Shown: positions 32,613 through 41,666, numbered from the stretch's first letter. The stretch is DNA of 64,000 nucleotides from Bryobacterales bacterium (GCA_963791675.1 CAWBTD010000002.1:120-64119); one strand, 5' to 3'. Numbers and translations: made by a program. The notes: generated by a model from the sequence alone, not told the origin.

Positions 32613-32899
32613 GGAGTGGAATTCTGATCAAGGCTTTGTTGAATCATGTGGGCAATGCCGAAGCCACCGCTGGCGCTTAAGGAAGCAGCTAAGTGTTCCT
32701 CGGCCATGCCCATAGCTGATTCACCAGCCTTGTCTTCACCCGTGCCAAGCCATCCCGAGCCGCTTTCCCGCATCGATTTCAACATTTGCGTGATCAACAA
32801 AGCCTCGAACTGCTGTGCGGCATTAGCCGATTTAGAGGAAGGAACATTGGCGCCATCCGTCAGTGCTACAGCAGGGCCTTTAATCGACAAATCCGTCAT
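32594..32899 (-). CDS. flgJ: rod-binding protein (FlgJ N-terminal domain only)
   Basis: AAQQFEALLITQMLKSMRES is the Rod-binding motif. At 101 aa it has no muramidase domain. Confidence 0.8.
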   Translation of the reverse strand: MTDLSIKGPAVALTDGANVPSSKSANAAQQFEALLITQMLKSMRESGSGWLGTGEDKAGESAMGMAEEHLAASLSASGGFGIAHMIQQSLDQNSTPQKLQE

Positions 32900-32901
32900 G
32901 T

Positions 32902-34002
32902 TTACAACACCTCCAACTCGGCTTCCAAAGCACCTGCTGCCCGCAAACTTTGGAGAATCGCAATTACATCGCGTGAAGAAGAACCAATTGCCGTAAGCGC
33001 CTGCACTAACTCTTCAATGGTGGCACCCTTTTTTAAAACCACGTTCCGGGCCTTTTCTTCCTTGGCATCGACTGCCGTTTGAGGAATTACTTCGGTGGTC
33101 CCGTTCTTGGAAAGCGGTGCTGGTTGTGAAACGTCATACGTGGTTCTGATTTCCACCGTGAGATTTCCTTGCAGAATTGCCACAGGCGCAATTCGGACAT
33201 CTTTGCCCATCACAATTGTTCCGGTACGTTCATTCACTACTACACGCGCAGGGCGATCCATTTCCACGGTTAAGTTTTCTAGTTCTGAAACAAATTCAAT
33301 CGAGCGGTCCTGAAACTTTGCCGGAACAGCTACGCTCACCAGTGCCGAATTTTCTGCTTTCGCCAGCGATCCATTTCCCTCAAAGTGCTGATTGATCACT
33401 GATGCAATCCGGGCCGCCGTTGTGAAATCGGCTTCCTTGACTTGCAACCGTATCTGCGCGCCCGGAGCAACAGAAGGAGCTGCTCTTTCGATGATGGCTC
33501 CATTGGGAACACGTCCTACTGTGGGATGATTTACACTCTGGCTATTTCCAGCACGGCCCGCTACAAAACCACCTGTGACCACTGGGCCTTGTGCCACTGC
33601 GTAGACCTGCCCATTGGGGGCGCGAAGGCTGGTCATCACCAGAAGTCCGCCTTGCAAGTTGGCAGCGTCGCCTACAGCAGCAGCGGTGACATCCAGATGC
33701 GTTCCTGGTTGGGCAAAGGGTGGCAACGTCGCTGTTACTAAAACAGCGGCAGTGTTCTTTACGGTGAGCGTTGTCGGATCTACTGTAACGCCCATTCGTT
33801 GCAGCAGGTTCGTCAGGCTTTGAGTAGAAAAAGCAGCTTGTCTGCGATCGCCTGTGCCTGCCAAGCCTACCACCAAGCCGTAACCAATTAACTGGTTATC
33901 GCGCATTCCCTCCAACGACGCCACGTCTTTTAACCGCGTGGCTGCTGGTGCGGGGATTGCAGCGGCCACCAGGAAAGCTAGTGTTTTTAAATGCAATTTC
34001 AT
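32902..34002 (-). CDS. flgI: flagellar P-ring protein FlgI
   Basis: RLKDVASLEGMRDNQLIGYGLVVGLAGTGD and a C-terminal ...ILQSLRAAGAL.AELEV. Confidence 0.95.
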   Translation of the reverse strand: MKLHLKTLAFLVAAAIPAPAATRLKDVASLEGMRDNQLIGYGLVVGLAGTGDRRQAAFSTQSLTNLLQRMGVTVDPTTLTVKNTAAVLVTATLPPFAQPGTHLDVTAAAVGDAANLQGGLLVMTSLRAPNGQVYAVAQGPVVTGGFVAGRAGNSQSVNHPTVGRVPNGAIIERAAPSVAPGAQIRLQVKEADFTTAARIASVINQHFEGNGSLAKAENSALVSVAVPAKFQDRSIEFVSELENLTVEMDRPARVVVNERTGTIVMGKDVRIAPVAILQGNLTVEIRTTYDVSQPAPLSKNGTTEVIPQTAVDAKEEKARNVVLKKGATIEELVQALTAIGSSSRDVIAILQSLRAAGALEAELEVL

Positions 34003-34004
34003 GA

Positions 34005-34703
34005 TCAGAAAGGCAAAAGGCCAGTAAGGAGACGGTATAAAAAGAAGGGCCGGTGCGTAGCATCTGAAATTACGCCTTTGCCATTGATGCGTACTTCCAT
34101 TTCCGCCAAACGGTTTGAGGCAATGGTGTTCGCCGTGGTGATGTCATCGGGCCGGATTACACCGAGCACGGTGATGACCTGATGCTCGGAATCCACTTGA
34201 ATCTGCTTAGTGCCTTCCACGACTAAGTAGCCATTCGGCAGAACATGAACGACCCTGGCAGTTAAAGTGGTGGTTAGCGTGGTGCCGCGCGTGGTGGTGC
34301 CTTGCCCATCTAATTGCGTTTGGCCGGAAAGATCAGCCAAGCTTGCCAAGGCACTGGTAGGTTTCTTAGGACCAAACAGCGAGTTTACAGACGCTTTTGC
34401 ACTGGAAGAACGTGATGTTTTGGTAGTGCCACTCGCTACTGCCGTCGCTTGTTCCGCGACCAGAATTGTCACTACATCATCTAGCTGGCTGGCTCGGCGA
34501 TCTCGTGCCAAATCTGCCAAGCCAGCAGCAGGATTCCACAAGGAACCTGCAGAGCCTTCGCGTAAAGCAGGATCTTTGGCACGAAGCGTTGCTTCTTTGG
34601 TGTAGGTTTCCAACGCCGAGGGTTGTTCCACCTTGGCTTTCTTTTTTGAAGCAGCCAACACAGAACAGGAACATACCAGCAAGGTGATTCCAAGCCGCTT
34701 CAT
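34005..34703 (-). CDS. flgH: flagellar L-ring lipoprotein FlgH
   Basis: Signal/lipobox sequence, GSLW, DDVVTILV and LVVEGTKQIQV motifs. Confidence 0.92.
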   Translation of the reverse strand: MKRLGITLLVCSCSVLAASKKKAKVEQPSALETYTKEATLRAKDPALREGSAGSLWNPAAGLADLARDRRASQLDDVVTILVAEQATAVASGTTKTSRSSSAKASVNSLFGPKKPTSALASLADLSGQTQLDGQGTTTRGTTLTTTLTARVVHVLPNGYLVVEGTKQIQVDSEHQVITVLGVIRPDDITTANTIASNRLAEMEVRINGKGVISDATHRPFFLYRLLTGLLPF

Positions 34704-35620
34704 GCTCCTGTTTCTCCTGGTTTTACAATCACTTTGCCTTTTCCTATTACTTGAGCGGGAAATGTTTTACCGGATTTTGGGTTGCGCAAGGTCACGGTCT
34801 CTCCTGTTGATCCACTGGACTCCGCACGTGCTCCGAGCTTCAGATGTGCAGCACCCACTTCCACATTGACTTCCACCAAATCACCGCGCATCACTTCGCC
34901 TTTGGTTGCCCCATCAGTCGACATCTCTATGGCGTCTATGGGAATGGGTGTGCCTACCTTCACGGAACGCTTCAGAGATAAACCCGCAACCTGAGAAATG
35001 GCTGTCGCTACTTTTAGCGAGGAAGGGAAGCCCACGATTGTTTTAGTCTCGACTTGAGATGCATTCACCATCTGGCCAGCCGGAAGGTCTTGCCTGGCTA
35101 CGACGCTTTCTTGCGACACCGTGATACGAACTTTTCCCCAGATGGTGAACTTACGGTCGTTGCCATATTGCACGTAGCCGCGCCACACCACTGGTTCTTG
35201 CTCATGGGAAAGGGAAGGCCGTGGCAAAGAAGAGAGAGGAAAAAAAACCTTGCCTGCAGGAGCTGGAAACATGCTGAACTCCTTCAACTCTATTTCTGCT
35301 TTTTCCATCCCTAGACTTTCTTTCATTGCTTCCCGAATTTCCCCCGGTTCTAGTTTTCGTACTGGATAAGTGAAGCAAAGCTCATGAAATTCTCCCGGGA
35401 TACCATAGCGTTGGGCAATGCGAAGCAATTCACCACCGGAAAAGATTCGGTGTGAGCCAGGCGCTGGTGCAAAAGAGATCTGCGTTTCTGGCGGAATGGA
35501 ACGAAATGCCGAATCTGCGGCTGCCAAGTCTCGTCCCAGAATTGTGTTTCCTTGCACGCTTTGGCATGTGGATGACGGTTCAGAAGCAACCGTAAGCAGA
35601 AACAAAAGAAGAAGCGTCAT
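34700..35620 (-). CDS. flgA: flagellar basal-body P-ring formation chaperone FlgA
   Basis: Signal peptide, a SAF-like segment (VVARQDLPAGQMV), a C-terminal GETVTLRNPKSGKTFPAQV block, and position upstream of flgH. Confidence 0.8.
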   Translation of the reverse strand: MTLLLLFLLTVASEPSSTCQSVQGNTILGRDLAAADSAFRSIPPETQISFAPAPGSHRIFSGGELLRIAQRYGIPGEFHELCFTYPVRKLEPGEIREAMKESLGMEKAEIELKEFSMFPAPAGKVFFPLSSLPRPSLSHEQEPVVWRGYVQYGNDRKFTIWGKVRITVSQESVVARQDLPAGQMVNASQVETKTIVGFPSSLKVATAISQVAGLSLKRSVKVGTPIPIDAIEMSTDGATKGEVMRGDLVEVNVEVGAAHLKLGARAESSGSTGETVTLRNPKSGKTFPAQVIGKGKVIVKPGETGA

Positions 35621-36408
35621 CGCGTAAGGTTGTTGACGTTTTGGTACATCTGATCCGCAGCCGTCACCACTTTGGAGTTTGCTTCATAGGTACGTTGCGC
35701 CACGATGAGGTTGATGAACTCATCCGTCACGCTTACGTTGGATTGCTCTGTGTAGCCCTGCAAAATACTTCCTAAGCCTTCCGTGCCACCTGGATTTGCT
35801 ACTTTCGCGTCGCCGGAAGCATCCGTCGGCGCATATAGATTGCGGCCTAAGCTATTGAGGCCAGCAGGATTCTGAAAGTCAGCAAGCTGAATTTGGCCTG
35901 CCTGTTGCGCGGCGCTCTGCCCTTGCAGCGCGTAGCTCACTGTGCCATCTCCAGCGATAGTGACTGATTGCGCACCTGGGGGAATCGTAATGGCTGGTTC
36001 GATAGGATCGCCATCTTGTGTCACCACGTTGCCGTCTTTGTTCAACTGAAAAGAGCCTGCACGCGTGTAGGCAATTTCTCCCGAAGGACGACGCACCTGA
36101 AAGAAGCCGCGCCCCTGAATCACAAGATCCAGAGGATTATCCGTGTTTTGAAAGTTGCCTTGCGTGAAGATAATTTCATTCGAGGCTGTGCGAGTGCCCA
36201 AACCTACCTGTAGCCCGGTGGGAATCGTGGTCTGTTGCCCGGCAGCAGCGCCGGGAGTCACCATAGTCTGATACAGCAGATCCTGAAACTGCGCACGACG
36301 GGCTTTGTAACCCATGGTGTTCGCATTCGCTAAGTTGTTCGCGATATTATCAACGTTGGTTTGTTGCGCCGTCATCCCGCTAGCGGCGCTATAGAGTGCT
36401 CTCATCAT
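35617..36408 (-). CDS. flgG: flagellar distal rod protein FlgG
   Basis: N-terminal MRALYSAASGM.AQQ..VD.IANNLANANT and C-terminal SNVSVTDEFINLIVAQRTYEANSKV. Confidence 0.95.
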   Translation of the reverse strand: MMRALYSAASGMTAQQTNVDNIANNLANANTMGYKARRAQFQDLLYQTMVTPGAAAGQQTTIPTGLQVGLGTRTASNEIIFTQGNFQNTDNPLDLVIQGRGFFQVRRPSGEIAYTRAGSFQLNKDGNVVTQDGDPIEPAITIPPGAQSVTIAGDGTVSYALQGQSAAQQAGQIQLADFQNPAGLNSLGRNLYAPTDASGDAKVANPGGTEGLGSILQGYTEQSNVSVTDEFINLIVAQRTYEANSKVVTAADQMYQNVNNLTR

Positions 36409-36423
36409 ACTTTTCCATCCCCT

Positions 36424-36975
36424 TTATGTAATGATTCCTGGCGTAGCGGACATCGGATCACGTCCTAGATCGCGATTGATAATCTGCCATGCCTGACTGC
36501 CTGGAGCCGTGCCATAGCGTGCAAATAAGTTTGCTGCTAAGCCAGCGTTGATGGCGTTTGCTGAGCCTGGCACCATAATGTTGCGCTGAGATTCCGACCA
36601 AGCGAAATCACTGCCTCCCATGGCATCTTCCCGTACCGTGCCGCCCAATAACGCTGCGATTTGTTTCGCGGTGCCTGCTGAAGCAAGCTCAGCAGGATTG
36701 AGTGCTGTTGGGGACCCAACCGGATTTGCAGCAGTTGCACCTTGCACATATACAGGCTGCACTACAGCAGGCGTACTCGGGGTGATTACAGGCTTGGTTG
36801 TCACAGGGATGCTCGCCTGTGTTGCGTTTGCGCTTGTTGACGTACTGCTATTAGGGGTTGCGGCATTGCTGAACAAGCTCGCGAATGACTGCGTTTGTGC
36901 TGGTTTGGCTGCTGCCCGGGTCGTAGTGTGCGCGGCAACATGCAACTGATGATTACTGGTGACATTTCGGATCAT
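36424..36975 (-). CDS. hypothetical protein embedded between flgF and flgG (183 aa)
   Basis: The N-terminal half is S/T/A/P-rich and low in complexity, followed by a C-terminal region of about 90 aa that looks globular. I recognise no flagellar family. The gene is tightly packed, 15 nt from flgG and 24 nt from flgF. Confidence 0.55.
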   Translation of the reverse strand: MIRNVTSNHQLHVAAHTTTRAAAKPAQTQSFASLFSNAATPNSSTSTSANATQASIPVTTKPVITPSTPAVVQPVYVQGATAANPVGSPTALNPAELASAGTAKQIAALLGGTVREDAMGGSDFAWSESQRNIMVPGSANAINAGLAANLFARYGTAPGSQAWQIINRDLGRDPMSATPGIIT

Positions 36976-36999
36976 CTTCTCTCCTGAAAGGTGGTTTCA

Positions 37000-37743
37000 T
37001 CAAACTTTGGCAACTTCTTCCACTGCGAGCCGGTTCATCTCCGCTCCTATGTTCATTGCTTTCTGTAACATCTCAAACTGACGCATCACGCTAACCAGAC
37101 GCACCGCGCTTTCCGCTGAGCCCACGTTTGAGGTTTCCAGCTTTCCTTGATATACCTCTGCGGTAGATACTTGCGGCTTAGTAGTTGTGTCGGATGTATA
37201 GAAGTAGTTCAAACCCTGTTTACTCAATTCCTTCGGCTCATTAAAGGAATCCACTTCTAATTGGCCAATCGTTTGCCCGTCCTGCTGCACCGTTCCATCG
37301 CGCAAGATGTTTAAGGGGCTGGAGGAAACTGTTTGTATGGTGCCGCCGCTCCGGCTGCGTACAGCCATTCCATCTGCTGTGGTGAGTGTCCCGCCTGCTG
37401 AAAGCTTAAGATTTCCATTGCGGGTATACAACACTCCGGATGGACCATTTACAGCAAGAAAGCCTTTCCCGGAAAGAGCCACATCAAGGGGATTATCCGT
37501 AACGTGCAAAACACCTTGAGAAAAATCAGTCCATGGTTTTTCTACAACAGGTAACGTATCGGGTGAAGCTCCATTGCCTTGCTCTGCTGAATCCGCAGCA
37601 TCTTGCGATACATAGAGGCTATAAAACTCGTGGTCTACCTTGTAACCACCCGTAGAAGAGTTAGCCAGATTGTTTGCCAACATATCCAGCGACTCCATGC
37701 GAGCACGCATGCCGCTGGCGGCGGAAATGGAAAGAGCATCCAT
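37000..37743 (-). CDS. flgF: flagellar proximal rod protein FlgF
   Basis: N-terminal MDALSISAASGMRARMESLDMLANNLANSST and C-terminal rod-family block SNVGSAESAVRLVSVMRQFE. Confidence 0.9.
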   Translation of the reverse strand: MDALSISAASGMRARMESLDMLANNLANSSTGGYKVDHEFYSLYVSQDAADSAEQGNGASPDTLPVVEKPWTDFSQGVLHVTDNPLDVALSGKGFLAVNGPSGVLYTRNGNLKLSAGGTLTTADGMAVRSRSGGTIQTVSSSPLNILRDGTVQQDGQTIGQLEVDSFNEPKELSKQGLNYFYTSDTTTKPQVSTAEVYQGKLETSNVGSAESAVRLVSVMRQFEMLQKAMNIGAEMNRLAVEEVAKV

Positions 37744-37766
37744 AGGGGTTCGTCAAAAATGTAGTG

Positions 37767-37782
37767 TGCAACCACAAAACCA
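37767..37782 (-). promoter_or_regulatory. weak candidate sigma-54 promoter upstream of flgF
   Basis: The minus strand reads TGGTTTTGTGGTTGCA. GG and TTGCA sit at the canonical GG-N10-GC spacing, but the CAC of the -24 box is missing and the implied 5' UTR is very short. Confidence 0.25.
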
Positions 37783-37859
37783 ATCGCAAAAAAGTTCTAA
37801 ATGGCTCAAACTAGTTGATTATTGTTCGACAAGTACTACAGCGCTGGTACTGATCATGC

Positions 37860-37902
37860 GACAAAGTTTTGCCACGAGCCCAAATAACGGCAAAATTTTG
37901 TC
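37860..37902. promoter_or_regulatory. 14-bp inverted repeat (13/14) with a 15-nt spacer in the flgF/fliK divergent intergenic region
   Basis: GACAAAGTTTTGCC-N15-GGCAAAATTTTGTC. It may be an operator or an activator-binding site. Confidence 0.45.
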
Positions 37903-37971
37903 ACTTGCTCTTTGCTAACAGATTGATTTTTCATGCCGTTCATTTGGTGAACAGCATGCCACTTCTCTGGT

Positions 37972-39537
37972 GTGACGGTTTCACCGCCAAGTTCATTTCC
38001 GTTTCCTCAACCTGCTCCTTCCGCAGCGTCTTTCAGCAATGCACCTGTTGCTTCTCTGAAGGGCAGCAAGACCGCTTCCACACATGATGCTGCCGCTTTT
38101 GGCACATTTCGAGGTTTATTACATTCCTTAAAAGACGAAGATACACAGACAACAGAAGACAGCCAAACCTCGGATGTTCATTCTGCTCCAACTGCCCCTA
38201 TCACAGTAGATACTGCTGCACCAAGTCAGCGTCCGTTGCCTTTTCCCCTCCACTTAGAAATCCCTAGAGAGCAACTGCCTGTTGACGACACAAGCTCATT
38301 AACTTCTGCTTATGATGCGAATCACTCCCCTTCACAATTCGTTTCCTGGGAAGAGCCTGGCGATAGCAAATCCCAATCTCAAGCGCGCTCTACAGCGTTA
38401 CCTGGTGATTCTTCAGGGCTGTTCCAGGATATCGAGAATGATACGCCAGGAAGTCGGAAAGAGCCTTCGGGAAGCAGCGCTGCAGTATCCGGTTTATTAC
38501 AACAGCAGATTGCCAATGTAAATGGAAGTATGGGAGCCTTGCCACAGGGTACACCTCAACCAGAAAAGGCAACAGACAAAAGCTCCTCTTCCCTTTCACT
38601 CGCAACCAAACCTGATTCATTCGCAGCTTCCACTGAACAATTACTTCCTACAGCAGGGGGCCTTCCTCCCGCATGGAAAGTATCGTCCGATCGGCCTAGT
38701 AATGGCAAGATTGCGTTTACCGCAAAACTGACTCCTGGTGGTTTCTCTCAACAGATGAAGACGGAGAATGCTGGTCAGGGGAAATCATTCTCTTCAGTGA
38801 GCCAAGAACCAGCCGCAGTTGCTGAAGCGTCTGGAAACACAATCGATCCACAAACAGAATCTTCTCCTAAAAATCGTGTTCGGAAGGGTGAGCAAGAACA
38901 TGCTGTCTCCCAGCCAATAGAAGTAGCTCAAGAGGGGTCGAAGGAAAAGGAATCAGAACAGAAAACAAATTCCTTTTCGGAGCAAACGATTGCGAACCCT
39001 ATGATTGCTGGGGAGGCTTCACACGTTTCCACTGCCGCTACAACTCAGACGCATAGTGCGGAAAAGCAACCGCCCTCCACATCCTCCGTTGCAGAACTGG
39101 AAGTTCCTTCAGAACCCCAAACACAACCAGTTCACACTCTTTCCTTTCGCCTAGATTCAGATCCTCAGAATCGAGTGGAAGTGAAAGTGGCAGACCGAGG
39201 CGGGGAGGTGCATGTGGCAGTACGATCCACAGATCCGGCTCTTACTGCTTCACTTCAGCAAGGAATTGGTGAGCTAACAGGGAAATTGGAAAGCCATGGT
39301 TACCGAATGGAAACCTGGCAGCCTTCCAGTAACAGCACGGCAACGCTCAGCACTCTGCAGAGTGCGGATGCACAGAGCAACAATCAGCAATACACAGACG
39401 GCGATTCACAAGGGCGCAACCGTCGGGAACAGCAAGAGGTTCCCTTTCGGCAACGCAAAACGAAATCATCTGACTGGGCTAAAGAAATCCATTCCCACTT
39501 TGGCTCACTTTCTTCCACCACAAGGACAACTCTATGA
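37972..39537 (+). CDS. fliK: flagellar hook-length control protein FliK
   Basis: Long S/T/P/Q-rich region followed by a C-terminal Flg_hook domain (FRLDSDPQNRVEVKVADRGGEVHVAVRSTDPALTASLQQGIGELTGKLESHGY). The start codon is uncertain (GTG). Confidence 0.8.
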   Translation: MTVSPPSSFPFPQPAPSAASFSNAPVASLKGSKTASTHDAAAFGTFRGLLHSLKDEDTQTTEDSQTSDVHSAPTAPITVDTAAPSQRPLPFPLHLEIPREQLPVDDTSSLTSAYDANHSPSQFVSWEEPGDSKSQSQARSTALPGDSSGLFQDIENDTPGSRKEPSGSSAAVSGLLQQQIANVNGSMGALPQGTPQPEKATDKSSSSLSLATKPDSFAASTEQLLPTAGGLPPAWKVSSDRPSNGKIAFTAKLTPGGFSQQMKTENAGQGKSFSSVSQEPAAVAEASGNTIDPQTESSPKNRVRKGEQEHAVSQPIEVAQEGSKEKESEQKTNSFSEQTIANPMIAGEASHVSTAATTQTHSAEKQPPSTSSVAELEVPSEPQTQPVHTLSFRLDSDPQNRVEVKVADRGGEVHVAVRSTDPALTASLQQGIGELTGKLESHGYRMETWQPSSNSTATLSTLQSADAQSNNQQYTDGDSQGRNRREQQEVPFRQRKTKSSDWAKEIHSHFGSLSSTTRTTL

Positions 39538-39854
39538 GCAGCATTTCCAATAGCTTAGTAAGCCAAACAGCTACCAGCACCAACACCCAATCCAGCAGCA
39601 CCGCTTCCAGCAGCAGTTCAGACCAGCTCACCAGCAAGGACACGTTTCTGAAACTGCTGGTGGCTCAGATCAAGAATCAAGATCCGACCAATCCTACGGA
39701 TAGCACGCAGTTTGTAGGGCAGTTGACTCAATACAGCGAACTGGAACAATTGATCGGTATTCGGACGGGCATCACGCAACTGAATCAACCAACTTCTACG
39801 AGTTCCACAACAACAGGTACCAGCGAGACGGCTAACACTTCTAAAACGAACTAA
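39534..39854 (+). CDS. flgD: hook capping protein FlgD, short form (N-terminal FlgD domain only)
   Basis: KDTFLKLLVAQIKNQDPTNPTDSTQFVGQLTQYSELEQL. Only 106 aa. Confidence 0.8.
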   Translation: MSSISNSLVSQTATSTNTQSSSTASSSSSDQLTSKDTFLKLLVAQIKNQDPTNPTDSTQFVGQLTQYSELEQLIGIRTGITQLNQPTSTSSTTTGTSETANTSKTN

Positions 39855-39863
39855 CTAACGCAT

Positions 39864-41129
39864 ATGTTTACCACTTTCCAAACAGCACTTTCGGCGATGG
39901 ATGCCACTTCCAAAGCTTTGGACGTCACGGGAAATAATCTGGCTAACCTAAATACCACCGGGTTCAAACAGTCCAGCGTTTCCTTTTTTGACATGATGAC
40001 GCAGACTATGGGCGCGTCTGGTCATACTCAGGTGGGCATGGGCGTGAATACGCCTTATACGATTCGCAACTTCACGCAGGGTGGAACACAGAGTACCAGC
40101 AATTCTTTGGACGCAGCTATTCAAGGGGATGGATTTTTTGTTCTCCAAGGTGCTAACAATTCGCAGCTGCTGACTCGTTCGGGAAGTTTTCACCAGGATG
40201 CAAGCGGAACATTGATGACTTTGACGGGAGAAAAAGTTCAAGGCTGGACACAACTAAATGCAGACGGAACTGTGAATACCAGCGGTGTCGCCAGCAACAT
40301 TCAGATCCCTACTGGGAATGTGCGGAACCCTGTTGCTACGAAGAATTTTACTTTAGATATGAATCTGGATGCCACAGCAACTGTTGGTGATAGCACCGGA
40401 AGTTACACCACTCCGATCACAGTAGTGGATTCACTGGGGAATAGCCAAACCTTGACGATGACCTTCACCAAAACGGATGCAAACAAATGGACCTATGATG
40501 TCACGCTTCCGGATAGCGCTCTTTCTTCTCCATCTTCCACGCCCCTTGCTACCGGCACACTAGAATTCGATTCCCATGGCGTACTCACAAGCCCAGCAGC
40601 CAGTTCGGACTCCACAGACAACTCAGTTGCGATTAAGATCACAGGACTAGCAGATGGAGCGGCGGACATGGACATTAACTGGAACCTGAACAACGCAAAC
40701 GGAACCCCACGCCTGCAGCAAGTTTCACAAGCTTCCAACGTTTCCGGCAGTTCACAGGATGGCACGGCGGCCACACAATTAACCAGCATCGCAATTGGCG
40801 ATGGGGGAGCTATCTATGCTAAGTATTCCAACGGAGAACAACAGATAGTTGGCCAGTTGGCTATGGCGTCCGTTCGCAATCCGGATTCCCTTTTGGATGT
40901 AGGAAACAACAACTTCGCCACAACGATCAACAGTGCCACACCAGTGGTCGGACAGCCACAAACCGGCGGACGCGGAAACATAATGGGTAATTCCTTAGAG
41001 TCTTCTACGGTGGATGTAGCCAAGGAATTCACCAATCTCATCATCTATCAGCGCAGCTATCAGGCAAACGCAAAAGTGATCAACACTGAAGATCAATTGA
41101 GCCAGGATACACTCAGCATCAAACAATAA
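39864..41129 (+). CDS. flgE: flagellar hook protein FlgE
   Basis: N-terminal LSAMDATSKALDVTGNNLANLNTTGFK and C-terminal LESSTVDVAKEFTNLIIYQRSYQANAKV. Confidence 0.93.
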   Translation: MFTTFQTALSAMDATSKALDVTGNNLANLNTTGFKQSSVSFFDMMTQTMGASGHTQVGMGVNTPYTIRNFTQGGTQSTSNSLDAAIQGDGFFVLQGANNSQLLTRSGSFHQDASGTLMTLTGEKVQGWTQLNADGTVNTSGVASNIQIPTGNVRNPVATKNFTLDMNLDATATVGDSTGSYTTPITVVDSLGNSQTLTMTFTKTDANKWTYDVTLPDSALSSPSSTPLATGTLEFDSHGVLTSPAASSDSTDNSVAIKITGLADGAADMDINWNLNNANGTPRLQQVSQASNVSGSSQDGTAATQLTSIAIGDGGAIYAKYSNGEQQIVGQLAMASVRNPDSLLDVGNNNFATTINSATPVVGQPQTGGRGNIMGNSLESSTVDVAKEFTNLIIYQRSYQANAKVINTEDQLSQDTLSIKQ

Positions 41130-41132
41130 CTT

Positions 41133-41381
41133 ATGACGGCAATGCAGGAAGTGGCATCCATTCAGGATGTTCCTCTGGAAATCAGCGTGGATCTGGACCG
41201 GCGGATGTTGAAGATCAGCGAGATTCTTGATCTTCAGGCGGGCAGCATCATCGAACTGAACCGATCTGCCGGAGAAAACATTGATATCTACGTGGGAAAA
41301 AAACTGGTGGCTTCCGGCGAGATTGTGATTATTGAACACAACATGGGAGTTCGGATCACGGATTTCCAGGTGGAATTATAA
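41133..41381 (+). CDS. small FliN-family (SpoA domain) protein, 82 aa
   Basis: LEISVDLDRRMLKISEILDLQAGSIIELNRSAGENIDIYVGKKLVASGEIVIIEHNMGVRITD is a SpoA/FliN fold sequence. It sits where fliN normally precedes fliO. Confidence 0.8.
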   Translation: MTAMQEVASIQDVPLEISVDLDRRMLKISEILDLQAGSIIELNRSAGENIDIYVGKKLVASGEIVIIEHNMGVRITDFQVEL

Positions 41382-41384
41382 CGA

Positions 41385-41666
41385 ATGGATCTTCTTCCCC
41401 AACTTGCCGCGGTGCTAATGGTGTTTGCGCTGTTAGGGGCCTGTCTCTTTGTATTACGAAAAAAACAACTAGCAGCAGGCTTTGGCGTTTGGTGGAAGCG
41501 GGATCTTCGTTCTGGTAATGGTCGCCGTATGGAAGTACTGGAGCGGGTCGCACTTACACCTCAACATACATTGTGCCTGGTGCAGGTGGATGAGGAAACC
41601 ATCTTGGTTGCTACGGCACCCGGAAATTGCCAGATACTTCAGACCAAAGGAGGAGCCGCATCGTGA
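41385..41666 (+). CDS. fliO: flagellar biosynthesis protein FliO
   Basis: Single N-terminal TM helix, about 90 aa, upstream of fliP, with the motif LERVALTPQHTLCLVQVDEETILVA. Confidence 0.7.
   Translation: MDLLPQLAAVLMVFALLGACLFVLRKKQLAAGFGVWWKRDLRSGNGRRMEVLERVALTPQHTLCLVQVDEETILVATAPGNCQILQTKGGAAS

Noticed and set aside
37889-37915. A sigma-54 promoter inside the right arm of the flgF/fliK inverted repeat (GGCAAAATTTTGTCACTTGCT)
   Set aside because: The GG and GC dinucleotides are not at the required GG-N10-GC spacing in any register I tried.
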